From: an uncultured bacterium | GTDB taxonomy: Bacteria > Babelota > Babeliae > Babelales > Babelaceae | Reading direction: 5' to 3' | Assembly: GCA_963819815.1 (NCBI GenBank) | Contig: CAWFXL010000001.1 | Location: 1,344,001-1,408,000 of the forward strand | DNA length: 64,000 nucleotides | In this document: piece by piece, positions 47,810-57,008 of the stretch | Layout of the letters: each line of letters starts with the position of its first letter | How positions within the stretch are numbered: the first letter of the stretch is position 1 | Translations under genes and position numbers: made by a program | Notes under the pieces: generated by a model | Databases searched by the model: none | Seen by the model: the letters and a program-made list of their open reading frames with translations, nothing else | Told to the model about the DNA's origin: nothing

Positions 47810-50176
47810 ATGAAACTTTCCATTTCTTGGATTCTTGACCATATTGCGACAACAAAGAATGATATTGCTCTTCCCGATCTTGTTAAGCAATTTAATGCAA
47901 AAACAGCAGAGATTGATGCTGCTGAGCATATTGTTACCGAGCTTGCCTATCTCTATGCAGTAAACATTACTGAAATTCTAGATCAGGCAGTAGTGGTATC
48001 CTGCAAAGAACTTGGTACGTCATTTAATCTGCCTCAGCGAAAAGATCCATCGCGTGAGCAAGGCTTCTGGTACCTTGTTAAAAAAGATGGATCAGAAGTT
48101 CGCTGGGCCACGCTTTCAGATGTGGGCTCGGCAAAAGATGGTCTTATGGGAAGTCTGTATATGAGCGATAGGGAAGCTCAGGGTTCCTGGCGAGATACTG
48201 TTGAGCAGGAAGATACAATTATCACGATCGATAATAAAGCGATCACCAACAGGCCAGACCTGTGGGGTCATCGAGGTTGTGCGCGTGAGATGGCGGCCTT
48301 AGCTGGTAAGATGCTTATTCAGGAGGAGCATCTTCTTGCAGATACCATGATTAAGCATTATGACAGGAAGGCTCCTGCTCAAGCAGGACAATCTTTTGCA
48401 CTCTCTCTTGATGATGAAGCTTGTGGAAGTACCTGTAGGAGATTCTCGGGATTAGCGGTTCCTGTAGTGACCTATCGTGCTTCATTGCCATGGATGGCCT
48501 TTAGATTAGCGCGAATTGACATGAGACCCATTGATGCTCTTGTTGATATGACCAATTATGTAATGTGTGATATCGGCCAACCGATGCACGCTTTTGATGC
48601 TGAACGGTTACCAAGCAAACATATACAGGTACGCTGTGCTCGTACAGGTGAGAAGCTCCGATTGCTTGATGGTGACGAAGTTACTCTCGAACCTTCCGAT
48701 CGTGTCATTTCAGCTGGTGATAGTGCAGTTTCAGTAGCTGGAGTAATGGGAGGCTTTGCAACTTCAGTAACCAAAACAACGAAATCACTCTTCTTAGAAT
48801 CTGCTAATTTCGAACCGATACCGATTCGTCTTACTGCAACTCGTTTAAAAAAACGTACTGAGTCATCGACTCGTTACGAAAAGAATATTGACCCAAATCA
48901 AAACACTCAGGGAATATTGCGCTATCTTAAACTTCTTCAAGAGGCTCAGATTCCTTATGAGGCTGAAGAAGCGATCACATCATTAGGACCCTTATGGCAT
49001 GAAAAAGTCATAGAGGTATCTTATGAGCTTATTCTGAGCAAGATCGGCATGGAGGTTTCTATAGAGAAGATTATATCTATTCTTAAAAATCTTGACTTTG
49101 GAGTGGTGTACGAGCATGACAGGTTTATCGTGACAGTACCGACATTCCGTGCCATTAAAGATGTGACGATTCCTGAAGACATTGTTGAAGAAGTAGCGCG
49201 TTTTGTGGGATACAGCAAGATTGCTCCGGTCCTTCCAGAGCGAAAAGTAATGGCATTCAATACGCGAAGGATTGAACGTAAAAAACGATTGAAACATATT
49301 CTTGCATATGGTCTTTCGATGCATGAGGTTCAAACATATGCTTTTTATGATGAAGCGCTGCTCAAAAAACTTTCCTATGATCCACTTGATGCACCACGTA
49401 TTGCTAATCCCTTATCTGAGCATTGGCAGCGTTTAGTAACCTCGTTAGTGCCCAACCTTATAGGATGTGTCATAACCAATCAAGCAGTGCAAGACAGCTT
49501 GCGCTTTTTTGAAATCAATCGTGTATGGCACGTCGCTAAAGGCCCTATTGAAGTGCAAGAGTGTGAGGGCATCTATCACACTGAATCGCAGGAATGTGGG
49601 GGCATCTGGTACGAAAAAAAAGCACCGATAGACTTTTATGAAGGTAAGGCCCTTGTTGAGCAGATGATGTTTGCACTCGGACTTACCGTGCATTGGCTCA
49701 AGCCTGCCAAGGCTCTTGCTCCTTGGTACGATATTTACCAGTCAGCAGAATTGTGGTGCGGTAAGCGAGTAATTGGCCGCGCAGGTAAGTGCTCATCCTC
49801 TTTTCTTGGACAAGTCCTTGAGGGGGATGCATTCATTTTTGAGCTCGATGCAATTTTTCTACTGAATGCACGGAACGAGCAGGCACAGTATGTGCCTCTT
49901 GCTAAGTATCCCGTAACTGAGCAGGATATTAGTATCTTAGTCTCTCGTTCAGTAACTGTTGCAGGTCTAGAGAATGCTATTGGTCGAGCAGATATACGCA
50001 TCATGAAGGTACAGCTGGTTGATAGCTTCGAAAAACCTGATTGGCCTGATAAGAAGTCATTAACTTTTAGGTATACTGCTGCAGACAAAGAAGGTACCCT
50101 TACTAAAGAAGCAATAGAGACCATTGCACAACATGTGCAGCGTGCAGTGCAAGATCTTGGCGGGGAGGTTCGATGA
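47810..50176 (+). CDS. pheT: Phenylalanine--tRNA ligase beta subunit
   Basis: MKLSISWI, ITNRPDLWGHRG.ARE, VDMTNYVM..GQPMHAFD, VPTFR..D...EDIVEEVAR, C-terminal FDX-ACB domain. Confidence 0.95.
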   Translation: MKLSISWILDHIATTKNDIALPDLVKQFNAKTAEIDAAEHIVTELAYLYAVNITEILDQAVVVSCKELGTSFNLPQRKDPSREQGFWYLVKKDGSEVRWATLSDVGSAKDGLMGSLYMSDREAQGSWRDTVEQEDTIITIDNKAITNRPDLWGHRGCAREMAALAGKMLIQEEHLLADTMIKHYDRKAPAQAGQSFALSLDDEACGSTCRRFSGLAVPVVTYRASLPWMAFRLARIDMRPIDALVDMTNYVMCDIGQPMHAFDAERLPSKHIQVRCARTGEKLRLLDGDEVTLEPSDRVISAGDSAVSVAGVMGGFATSVTKTTKSLFLESANFEPIPIRLTATRLKKRTESSTRYEKNIDPNQNTQGILRYLKLLQEAQIPYEAEEAITSLGPLWHEKVIEVSYELILSKIGMEVSIEKIISILKNLDFGVVYEHDRFIVTVPTFRAIKDVTIPEDIVEEVARFVGYSKIAPVLPERKVMAFNTRRIERKKRLKHILAYGLSMHEVQTYAFYDEALLKKLSYDPLDAPRIANPLSEHWQRLVTSLVPNLIGCVITNQAVQDSLRFFEINRVWHVAKGPIEVQECEGIYHTESQECGGIWYEKKAPIDFYEGKALVEQMMFALGLTVHWLKPAKALAPWYDIYQSAELWCGKRVIGRAGKCSSSFLGQVLEGDAFIFELDAIFLLNARNEQAQYVPLAKYPVTEQDISILVSRSVTVAGLENAIGRADIRIMKVQLVDSFEKPDWPDKKSLTFRYTAADKEGTLTKEAIETIAQHVQRAVQDLGGEVR

Positions 50177-50640
50177 AAAGAAAAACGATAGGGTATCTCA
50201 TTGCGGGAATGTTGATCATCCTTGCAGATCAGCTTACTAAGTGGATAGCAGTCAACCACTGGTACGATGGGCATATAGTCACGAGTTTCTTAAGCTTTAG
50301 GGTGACGATCAATCGAGGTATTTCGTGGGGACTGCTTTCATCAGCTGAGACAAACACACTGCTTTTCCTGGCGATCTCTTTTTGCATTCTTCTCTTAACC
50401 TTTGGATTAGCTGTGTATGCGTTTCGCAGGTATAAGCAAGGGTATTCAGTTTATGGAGAGCTTTTAGTGGTTTCAGGTTCCTGTTCCAACATTATTGATC
50501 GGTGCTTTCAAAAAGGAGTAGTCGACTTTATTGTGGTGCATTGGAATGACTATGTGTGGCCAGTTTTTAATCTTGCAGATATGGCTATCGTGTGTGGTGT
50601 TGGCATCATGTTTTTTAGTTATCTCACCCGAAACGAATAG
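50173..50640 (+). CDS. lspA: Lipoprotein signal peptidase II
   Basis: DQLTK, NRGISWG, SNIIDR, VVDFI, WPVFNLAD. Confidence 0.93.
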   Translation: MKRKTIGYLIAGMLIILADQLTKWIAVNHWYDGHIVTSFLSFRVTINRGISWGLLSSAETNTLLFLAISFCILLLTFGLAVYAFRRYKQGYSVYGELLVVSGSCSNIIDRCFQKGVVDFIVVHWNDYVWPVFNLADMAIVCGVGIMFFSYLTRNE

Positions 50641-50645
50641 GCCGT

Positions 50646-51302
50646 TTGAATCAACGTTTTTATGAGTTTTGTAAGGTGCTGCAATCATTTGTACTACCTT
50701 ACCATTGTAGCTATTGCAGATGTTCGCTGTCCTCAGACAAGCCTTTATGTCTTACCTGCACGATACTTATTAATCCAACTCTATCATCAAGGCTTCAAGT
50801 AACCGGGGATGAATATCTTCAAGTTTATGCCGTAAGTGCTTATGAAGAGCCCCTGAAAACGCTCATCCTTGCAAAACGGTATAATGGGTATGAAGCGAGT
50901 AAACACCTAGGGACTCTTATATGGTGCCATTCGGTTATGCCTTCAATGGATGCAGACTTCCTGATTCCTGTTCCTTTACATTCTCAAAGAGCAGCTCTTC
51001 GTGGGTATAATCAGGCACGTGTTATTGCCGAGCAGTTGAGTCGCTATAGCGGGATACCTATACTTGATTGTATCGTACGAACTCGAAACACGCGACAACA
51101 ATCTCAATGTCGCATGTTCGAGCGTTATGATAATGTGAAGGGAGCTTTTAAAATGATTAAAGGAGAGGCACTTGCGGGTAAAAATTGTATTCTCGTAGAT
51201 GATATGATGACCTCGGGCGCGACCTTACAGGAGGTAGCTCGCACAGTGATTCCCTATAAGCCAGCGTGCCTAAGGGCGATAGTTGCCTGCAGTTCCTTCT
51301 AA
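50646..51302 (+). CDS. comF: ComF family phosphoribosyltransferase-like protein
   Basis: N-terminal CxxC pairs, IPVPLH..RGYNQA, R..NVKGAF, LVDDMMTSGATL. Confidence 0.88.
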   Translation: MNQRFYEFCKVLQSFVLPYHCSYCRCSLSSDKPLCLTCTILINPTLSSRLQVTGDEYLQVYAVSAYEEPLKTLILAKRYNGYEASKHLGTLIWCHSVMPSMDADFLIPVPLHSQRAALRGYNQARVIAEQLSRYSGIPILDCIVRTRNTRQQSQCRMFERYDNVKGAFKMIKGEALAGKNCILVDDMMTSGATLQEVARTVIPYKPACLRAIVACSSF

Positions 51303-51499
51303 GTATTCCTCGAAGAGTTTTGGACTCTTTCCTAGTTTGGTTAGATCTGGTTGAAAAAAACTTTCAGCTTTTGAAAGTTTAGAAGAAGCTATCAAAGTAT
51401 TTCACTATATTTATAGAGGTGAATAATTTTGCAACTTTGCTCGCTTTGTGATAGCATGTCCTTACTTAAAACATTTTATTACTTTTTTCTTTTAAAAGG

Positions 51500-52573
51500 A
51501 TGTATTCTATGCAAAAGACACGATTCCGTTACTTTCTGAGTGGTGCCTTATTGGTCTCATCATTAGCGGTTCTTACCGGATGTGACGTTTTTAAGCGAGC
51601 ATCATGTCCAGCGTGCGGGCCTAGCGCAGAAACTGCTAAACCAGAAGACGTTATATTGTCTATCGATGGTGTTCCCGCGATTACCAAACAAGAATTTGAA
51701 GAATTTTATGCTACAGCAACTGCGAATTCAGGACCTTATGGGGCTCTTTCGAGGAAAGATGCCTATGATACTTTGAAGACTATGGTACTCCTCGATCATA
51801 AAATGATCAAAGAAGGCAAGGACAAAGATCCTGAATATCAAAAAGAGTTTCGTCGTGCCTTTAATTTAGCAAAATGGGGCGTTAACTCCCAAATACTTGC
51901 AGAGGAACTTAAAAAGACTATAGATACTTCTGACGCTGCGATCGAAAGCTTCTATAATGAGGCGAAAGGCAAAAATCCTGCCTTTGATCGTCCACCGTTC
52001 CTTAAGAATCCGGAAAGCGTAAGCGTCCAGTCAGTCGAATTTACTGATAAGAAAGCTGCTGAAGAGTTTCTTAAGAAAGCAAAATCTGATTTTGCTGGAG
52101 CGGCACGTGCTGCAAATCTCTCTATCAAGGACCTTGGAAAAGTCTCTGCGCAGTCTCAAAATGTTGACTTTGCAGTTCGCTTAAAAGCACGTACACTAGC
52201 TCCTAATGCTGTTGAGCTTGTGGCTTCGGGTGATAAGAAGTTCTTTGTTATTAAGGCTGGTGCTAAGTCCCCTTCACAATATGCGGAATTTAGTGAATTG
52301 AAAGCTATGCCTCAAATGACCGAGATGCTTGCCCAGTTTAAGAGAAGTGTTGAGCTTGAGCCTGCATTCCTTAAACGCATTGAAGAGTATAAGAATGAGT
52401 TCAAAATAGATGAAAGCCTCAAATATTTTGAAGAAGCAGAAGCGAAACAAAAAGAAGAAGAAGAAAAACTTCGAGAAGCTTTCGCTCAAAAAATGCAAGA
52501 GCAAGATGGAGCACAGCCTGAAACCGAGGCTCCAGCTCAAGCAGCTAAACCACAAGGTGTAGTTGCAGGCTAA
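51500..52573 (+). CDS. Lipoprotein foldase (PrsA/PpiC-like, divergent)
   Basis: Lipobox LTGC; V.L.IDG...IT..EFEE SurA/PrsA-type N-domain; parvulin-like segment DFAGAARAA...DLG. Confidence 0.65.
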   Translation: MYSMQKTRFRYFLSGALLVSSLAVLTGCDVFKRASCPACGPSAETAKPEDVILSIDGVPAITKQEFEEFYATATANSGPYGALSRKDAYDTLKTMVLLDHKMIKEGKDKDPEYQKEFRRAFNLAKWGVNSQILAEELKKTIDTSDAAIESFYNEAKGKNPAFDRPPFLKNPESVSVQSVEFTDKKAAEEFLKKAKSDFAGAARAANLSIKDLGKVSAQSQNVDFAVRLKARTLAPNAVELVASGDKKFFVIKAGAKSPSQYAEFSELKAMPQMTEMLAQFKRSVELEPAFLKRIEEYKNEFKIDESLKYFEEAEAKQKEEEEKLREAFAQKMQEQDGAQPETEAPAQAAKPQGVVAG

Positions 52574-53173
52574 TTAAAGCACTGATATTATAGAAAGAAA
52601 GGGGATCATCACGGTCCCCTTTCTTAGTTATTTGGAGTCTTTTATGAACTATGCGATGCGTATTTTCTTGCTGGTGGCGCTGGGTACCGTAGTAACCCAA
52701 CAGACCCAACCGGGTGGTCGAGCTATTACAAAGTGGATTATGGGTGGCCGAGTTCCTACCTTTCTTGATGCTTCCATTAAAAGGTGGATTATTCATGATG
52801 GGAAAACTATGGCTAAACTTAGGTTGACCAAAAATGGTTATACTGATGAAGCCATTGAGGAGGCGCTTGCTCGTGTGGGGTATACTATTTTTAGAGAGCA
52901 GGCATGGGAGCGAACATATAGGGCATATAGACTAACGATGACCCATGAAGAGGCGATAGCGCGAAGCAAAGGGAAAAAGAAAAGTTTCGGGAAGCTTGCA
53001 TTCAAAAAATAAAAACACAGGACAAAGCCTGAAGCCGAGGCTCCAGCTCAAGTAGCTAAACCACAAGGTGTAGTTGCAGGCTAAGCAAAGCACTGATATG
53101 ATAGAAAGAAAGGGGATCATTATGGTCCCCTTTCTTAGTTACGAGGAGTTTTTCTATGAACTATGCGATACGT
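52430..53173 (+). repeat. Tandem duplication of the foldase 3' end, terminator, RBS and next start codon
   Basis: About 52515..52661 recurs at about 53026..53173 with few differences; weaker similarity extends roughly 80 bp further upstream. Confidence 0.9.
52644..53012 (+). CDS. Chimeric hypothetical protein between the duplicated junctions
   Basis: Begins MNYAMR (compare MNYAIR of 53156); its 3' end is homologous to the foldase 3' end in another frame. Confidence 0.5.
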   Translation: MNYAMRIFLLVALGTVVTQQTQPGGRAITKWIMGGRVPTFLDASIKRWIIHDGKTMAKLRLTKNGYTDEAIEEALARVGYTIFREQAWERTYRAYRLTMTHEEAIARSKGKKKSFGKLAFKK

Positions 53174-54109
53174 GCTCTATGGTCAGTAATTCTGGGTGCA
53201 GTATGTGGGGTATCAGCTGTCCCTGGAACTCCATCAAAACAGGGTAAATCGAGGCCAGCTAAAAAGCCGGAGGTAAGTGTCCCCCTAGAAATAGCTCAAC
53301 CGAAGCGCAAGGTTGAGGATTGTGTTCTTGCAACCATTTATCATCCTGAGGGGATCGTTCTCATTCGTCAGTCCGACTTACGTTCCGGTCTAAGTGGCCA
53401 AGCCCCTTCTTTACGAGATGCGATTATTAAAGAGCTGATTATTCTTGATGGGAAAACACTCGCTAAGGCTAAAATGCTCAATATGGGTTCTATGGAGGAA
53501 GAGGTTGAGAAGGCACTTTCTCGTGCCCAAGAGCAGCTTGGGATGACCAGGGAAGGGCTCATTGCATTTTTTAAAGAACAAGGCCTGACGCTTGAAGAAG
53601 CAAAAAAGGAGCTTGAAAGAGGCCTTATCGTTGAAAATGTCATAGATTCTCGTGTTAAGACGAAGGCTCAGGTCTCGAACAAAGCTATTGAGCAGTATCA
53701 CAATGATCATCCAGTTGTTAGGTATAGCTTCCATCAAGCGGTAGTGCCCCTGGGTGGCAGTTCAAAAGCCCTTAGGAGGGCTATTGTTGAGCAAGAAATA
53801 GCTTCAGGAAACATTGAACATTCGGTCGATTGGGCTGATATCGGTGCTATTGCTGAAAAAGACATTTCTGGGGAAAAGGCCTATATTAAGGATCTTCCTG
53901 TGGGTGCTGTCATTATAAGTGATGAGTCTGACGGGGAATTTACCTTACTAAAGTTTATCGCTAAGAAGATAACCCCCCTTGAGGAGCGTAAAAACGATAT
54001 TGCCAATATGCTTACCCAAGAGCGGTATATTCAAACACAAAAAACATACTTTGATAAGCTCTTTCAGGAAGCTAATATTCGCTATAGTGATAAGGCAGTT
54101 CGTCCATAG
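53156..54109 (+). CDS. SurA-like periplasmic chaperone (divergent)
   Basis: Signal peptide; VEDCVLATI, helical SurA N-domain-like pattern, KNDIANML..ER..YFDKLFQEANI tail. Confidence 0.6.
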   Translation: MNYAIRALWSVILGAVCGVSAVPGTPSKQGKSRPAKKPEVSVPLEIAQPKRKVEDCVLATIYHPEGIVLIRQSDLRSGLSGQAPSLRDAIIKELIILDGKTLAKAKMLNMGSMEEEVEKALSRAQEQLGMTREGLIAFFKEQGLTLEEAKKELERGLIVENVIDSRVKTKAQVSNKAIEQYHNDHPVVRYSFHQAVVPLGGSSKALRRAIVEQEIASGNIEHSVDWADIGAIAEKDISGEKAYIKDLPVGAVIISDESDGEFTLLKFIAKKITPLEERKNDIANMLTQERYIQTQKTYFDKLFQEANIRYSDKAVRP

Positions 54110-54232
54110 TGCCGATCTTGTAATCGGTTGAGTATTGGTGGAGCATCAAAATCTTTTGTGCTAGCTTCTTCTCAGAATAGATAAGATGCGGGTGTTTGTT
54201 TCCCCATTAGATCTTCTTGTAATCAGTTTAAA

Positions 54233-54316
54233 AAAAGAGCCGGTTCTTTTATATAAATCTTGCTAAAAAGAGCCGGCTCTTTTATTCTATAGCTTAGAAA
54301 AAGAGCCGGCTCTTTT
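54233..54316. promoter_or_regulatory. Three 18-bp palindromes at a 33-bp period overlapping a sigma70-like promoter
   Basis: AAAAGAGCCGG(T/C)TCTTTT at 54233, 54266, 54299; TTGCTA (54260) -N17- TATTCT (54283) brackets the middle copy. Confidence 0.85.
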
Positions 54317-54365
54317 TAACTGAGGCTGAATTTAATTGAGTGATTTAATGTCTAGGAGAGCGCCC

Positions 54366-55724
54366 ATGAATCGCACCTGCATGGCTTTTCTGAAAGAATG
54401 GCTTATCGCGCCCACGCGCAAACCGCTTATTATTCGTGGAGCACGACAAGTTGGCAAAACCTGGGCAGTGAGACATTTAGCAGAATTAGAAGGTTTAAAG
54501 CTCGTTGAGTTCAATTTCGAAAGGAATCCGGAGTATGCAGATCTCTTTGAATCGAATGATCCAAAAGAAATTATACGCCGCATTGAGCAGCGATTTGCCG
54601 TACGGGTTGATCCAGGCAAAACACTTTTGTTTCTCGACGAAATTCAAGCAAAACCTGAACTTATAGAAAAATTGCGATGGTTTTATGAAGAAATGCCGCA
54701 ACTAGCTGTTATCGCTGCGGGGTCCTTGTTAGAATTTGTTTTAGGCGTCCATGCTCTCAAGATGCCTGTGGGTCGCGTGAGCTTTGCATACCTTGAGCCG
54801 TTGTCATTTATTGAATTTCTTCAAGCTCAACACAAAGATCAGCTTGTTGATCTTATAAAATCATACACCTGGAATGAGGAAATTAATAAGGTAGTCCATG
54901 CAGAGCTCATGAGGTTATTTAAGGAATATGTATATGTTGGAGGGCTTCCAGGAGCAGTATCTGAGTGGATTGAGGGAGGGTCTCTCGCAAAAACCAATGA
55001 GATGCATAATGATTTATTGGGCTCATATAGAGCAGATTTTAGTAAATATAGTGGTCGGGTTTCTCCCGATATTTTGAATGAGGTTATAGATACAATACCT
55101 CTCTCTTTAGCCAAAAAATTTATCTATAGTCACGTGCAAACGGATGCCTCGCTTGTCCAGGTTAAGGCAGCGGTGCAGCTCTTGACCCGCGCTCGCGTAG
55201 CCAGTGCAGTGAAAGCTACTGCTGCAAATGGCATACCTTTGGGGGCTGAGGTTAATGAAAAGTTCAACAAGATGATTCTTCTTGATGTTGGGTTATGTTC
55301 TGCATTGCTTGGTTTACAGTTGGGACAATTGGAGGATACTGATGAACTTGATCTGGTTAACAAGGGTGGTATTGCAGAGCAAGTTGTTGGACAGCTGCTA
55401 CGCACTATAGAACCATGGTATATCGAGCCAGCGCTTTATTATTGGACTCGAATTGAGAGAGGCGCTGAAGCAGAGATAGATTATGTTATCCAGCACGGCA
55501 CTACCGTGGTGCCTATAGAAGTCAAAGCAGGCAGTTCAGGAAAATTAAAGTCACTCCATTTTTTTATGCAGATCAAAGGGCTATCGACCGCAGTACGTTT
55601 TTGCTCGGGCCTGCCTCAGATAACTCAGGTATCAGTAAAAGATACTCAATCCAGTGAGATTAACTACGAGTTACGATCTATGCCATTTTACCTTATCAGT
55701 GAGCTTCATAGGCTGCTTGCCTAA
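54366..55724 (+). CDS. AAA+ ATPase (AAA_14 + DUF4143) with a PD-(D/E)XK-like C-terminus
   Basis: RKPLIIRGARQVGKT, LFLDEIQ, AAGSLL, PVGRV, PLSFIEFL, VGGLP, AEIDYVI..VPIEVKAG; AGGAG RBS before ATG 54366. Confidence 0.9.
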   Translation: MNRTCMAFLKEWLIAPTRKPLIIRGARQVGKTWAVRHLAELEGLKLVEFNFERNPEYADLFESNDPKEIIRRIEQRFAVRVDPGKTLLFLDEIQAKPELIEKLRWFYEEMPQLAVIAAGSLLEFVLGVHALKMPVGRVSFAYLEPLSFIEFLQAQHKDQLVDLIKSYTWNEEINKVVHAELMRLFKEYVYVGGLPGAVSEWIEGGSLAKTNEMHNDLLGSYRADFSKYSGRVSPDILNEVIDTIPLSLAKKFIYSHVQTDASLVQVKAAVQLLTRARVASAVKATAANGIPLGAEVNEKFNKMILLDVGLCSALLGLQLGQLEDTDELDLVNKGGIAEQVVGQLLRTIEPWYIEPALYYWTRIERGAEAEIDYVIQHGTTVVPIEVKAGSSGKLKSLHFFMQIKGLSTAVRFCSGLPQITQVSVKDTQSSEINYELRSMPFYLISELHRLLA

Positions 55725-55758
55725 ATGTCCGTCTATTTAGGGCAAACCAATACTCGAG

Positions 55759-57000
55759 TTAGGTTGCTTCATGTTCAAGAGAGGAAGCTTTATTACTCAA
55801 CTCGAGGGATTTTTTGATGAGATCAGTTTTCTGTGCCCGATGCTCCGGTTTTGTATCAAAGTAGGCCTGTAGAAGCTGCTCAAGATCCATATCAACCTTT
55901 AGAACAGCTCGACGTTCTCGCGTTTCAAGAGCGCGCACGGGAAAGATGCCCACAAGATACCATGCGTTGACACAAGCTTTTTGTATGGTGCTCAGGTCTA
56001 CACGATCCTTGGTATGTGGGGGGAGGTGGTACATGATCTTTACAATAGCACCCTCTAACTCATGTTTCTCGATTTCTTCAAGAAGGAGCTCCGTTTGGTG
56101 GTCAGGATCATAAAGGCGAGCATCGATCTGTATGAACGGTCTTGTGGGAGTTTTAATAAACTCAAAGGACGTCATCTCTTTCTCATGAATGGTCACATAA
56201 CAAAACCCTTTGTCCTCTTTGCGTTCACCAAAGTCGATCCGTTCGATAGAGCCTGAGTATACGATGGGAGGAAATTGAGACCCGTTTACATTTTGAAAGC
56301 GATGCAAATGGCCAAGTGCTACATAATCAAAAGGAACAATGCCAAGCTGAGATGGCATAAATAGAGGATCGGTACCGTACACAGCCCGTTTTTCTGAACC
56401 GGAGAATATACCATTACTTACCGTTAAATGGCCTGCAAGAACTGAAGGTAATGATTGATCAAGATCGGCAGCAAGAGAAGCGATAATTTTGGTGACACCG
56501 GTGCTTATATAGTCTGTAATTTCTGTTGCAGAAAGATGCTGATGTTCATTGTGCAACGCTAGTGTATTTCTGGTGGGCCAAGGTATGCCTACAATCTGCA
56601 CAGGCCCATTCTTCGTTTCAAGACGCAGTGCAGTTGGTTTGCTTATCACATGGAAACCCTCAAGAGGTATCTGCCCAAAAATGTCTAAAGCATGAGCTTT
56701 CCCGTGACTTAGGGGATTGTCATGGTTTCCAATAATAATGACGACCGGGATCTTGGCCTGATACAGGCGTAAAAAGCAGTTCATCAGTAAACGCTGATGC
56801 GTTGGTGTCGGGTGTGCAGTTTTATAGGCATCACCTGAGAATAAAAAAAAGTCGACCTCCTGTTCAAGGGCAAAGTCGATGCAGAAGGAAAGTGCTTTCT
56901 CAAAATCTATCAGACGCGAATGGATACCCCTTTTAGGGTCTATCCGACCATAGTTTTCCATACCAAAATGTATGTCTGCAGTATGGATAAAACGAACCAC
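55759..57000 (-). CDS. sbcD: Exonuclease SbcD (Mre11-like)
   Basis: HTADIHFG, SGDAY, GNHD, DYVALGHLH, YSGSIERIDFGE. Confidence 0.92.
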   Translation of the reverse strand: MVRFIHTADIHFGMENYGRIDPKRGIHSRLIDFEKALSFCIDFALEQEVDFFLFSGDAYKTAHPTPTHQRLLMNCFLRLYQAKIPVVIIIGNHDNPLSHGKAHALDIFGQIPLEGFHVISKPTALRLETKNGPVQIVGIPWPTRNTLALHNEHQHLSATEITDYISTGVTKIIASLAADLDQSLPSVLAGHLTVSNGIFSGSEKRAVYGTDPLFMPSQLGIVPFDYVALGHLHRFQNVNGSQFPPIVYSGSIERIDFGERKEDKGFCYVTIHEKEMTSFEFIKTPTRPFIQIDARLYDPDHQTELLLEEIEKHELEGAIVKIMYHLPPHTKDRVDLSTIQKACVNAWYLVGIFPVRALETRERRAVLKVDMDLEQLLQAYFDTKPEHRAQKTDLIKKSLELSNKASSLEHEAT

Positions 57001-57008
57001 AGTATTCC

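Noticed and set aside
47420..47810. Possible ncRNA or T-box upstream of pheT
   Set aside because: No T-box, tmRNA, RNase P or SRP consensus was recognisable; it looks like a divergent promoter region.
54233..54316. Mini CRISPR array (palindromic repeats with unique spacers)
   Set aside because: Repeats of 18 bp and spacers of 15 bp are too short, there are only three units, no cas genes are present, and the spacers hold promoter elements; an operator array fits better.
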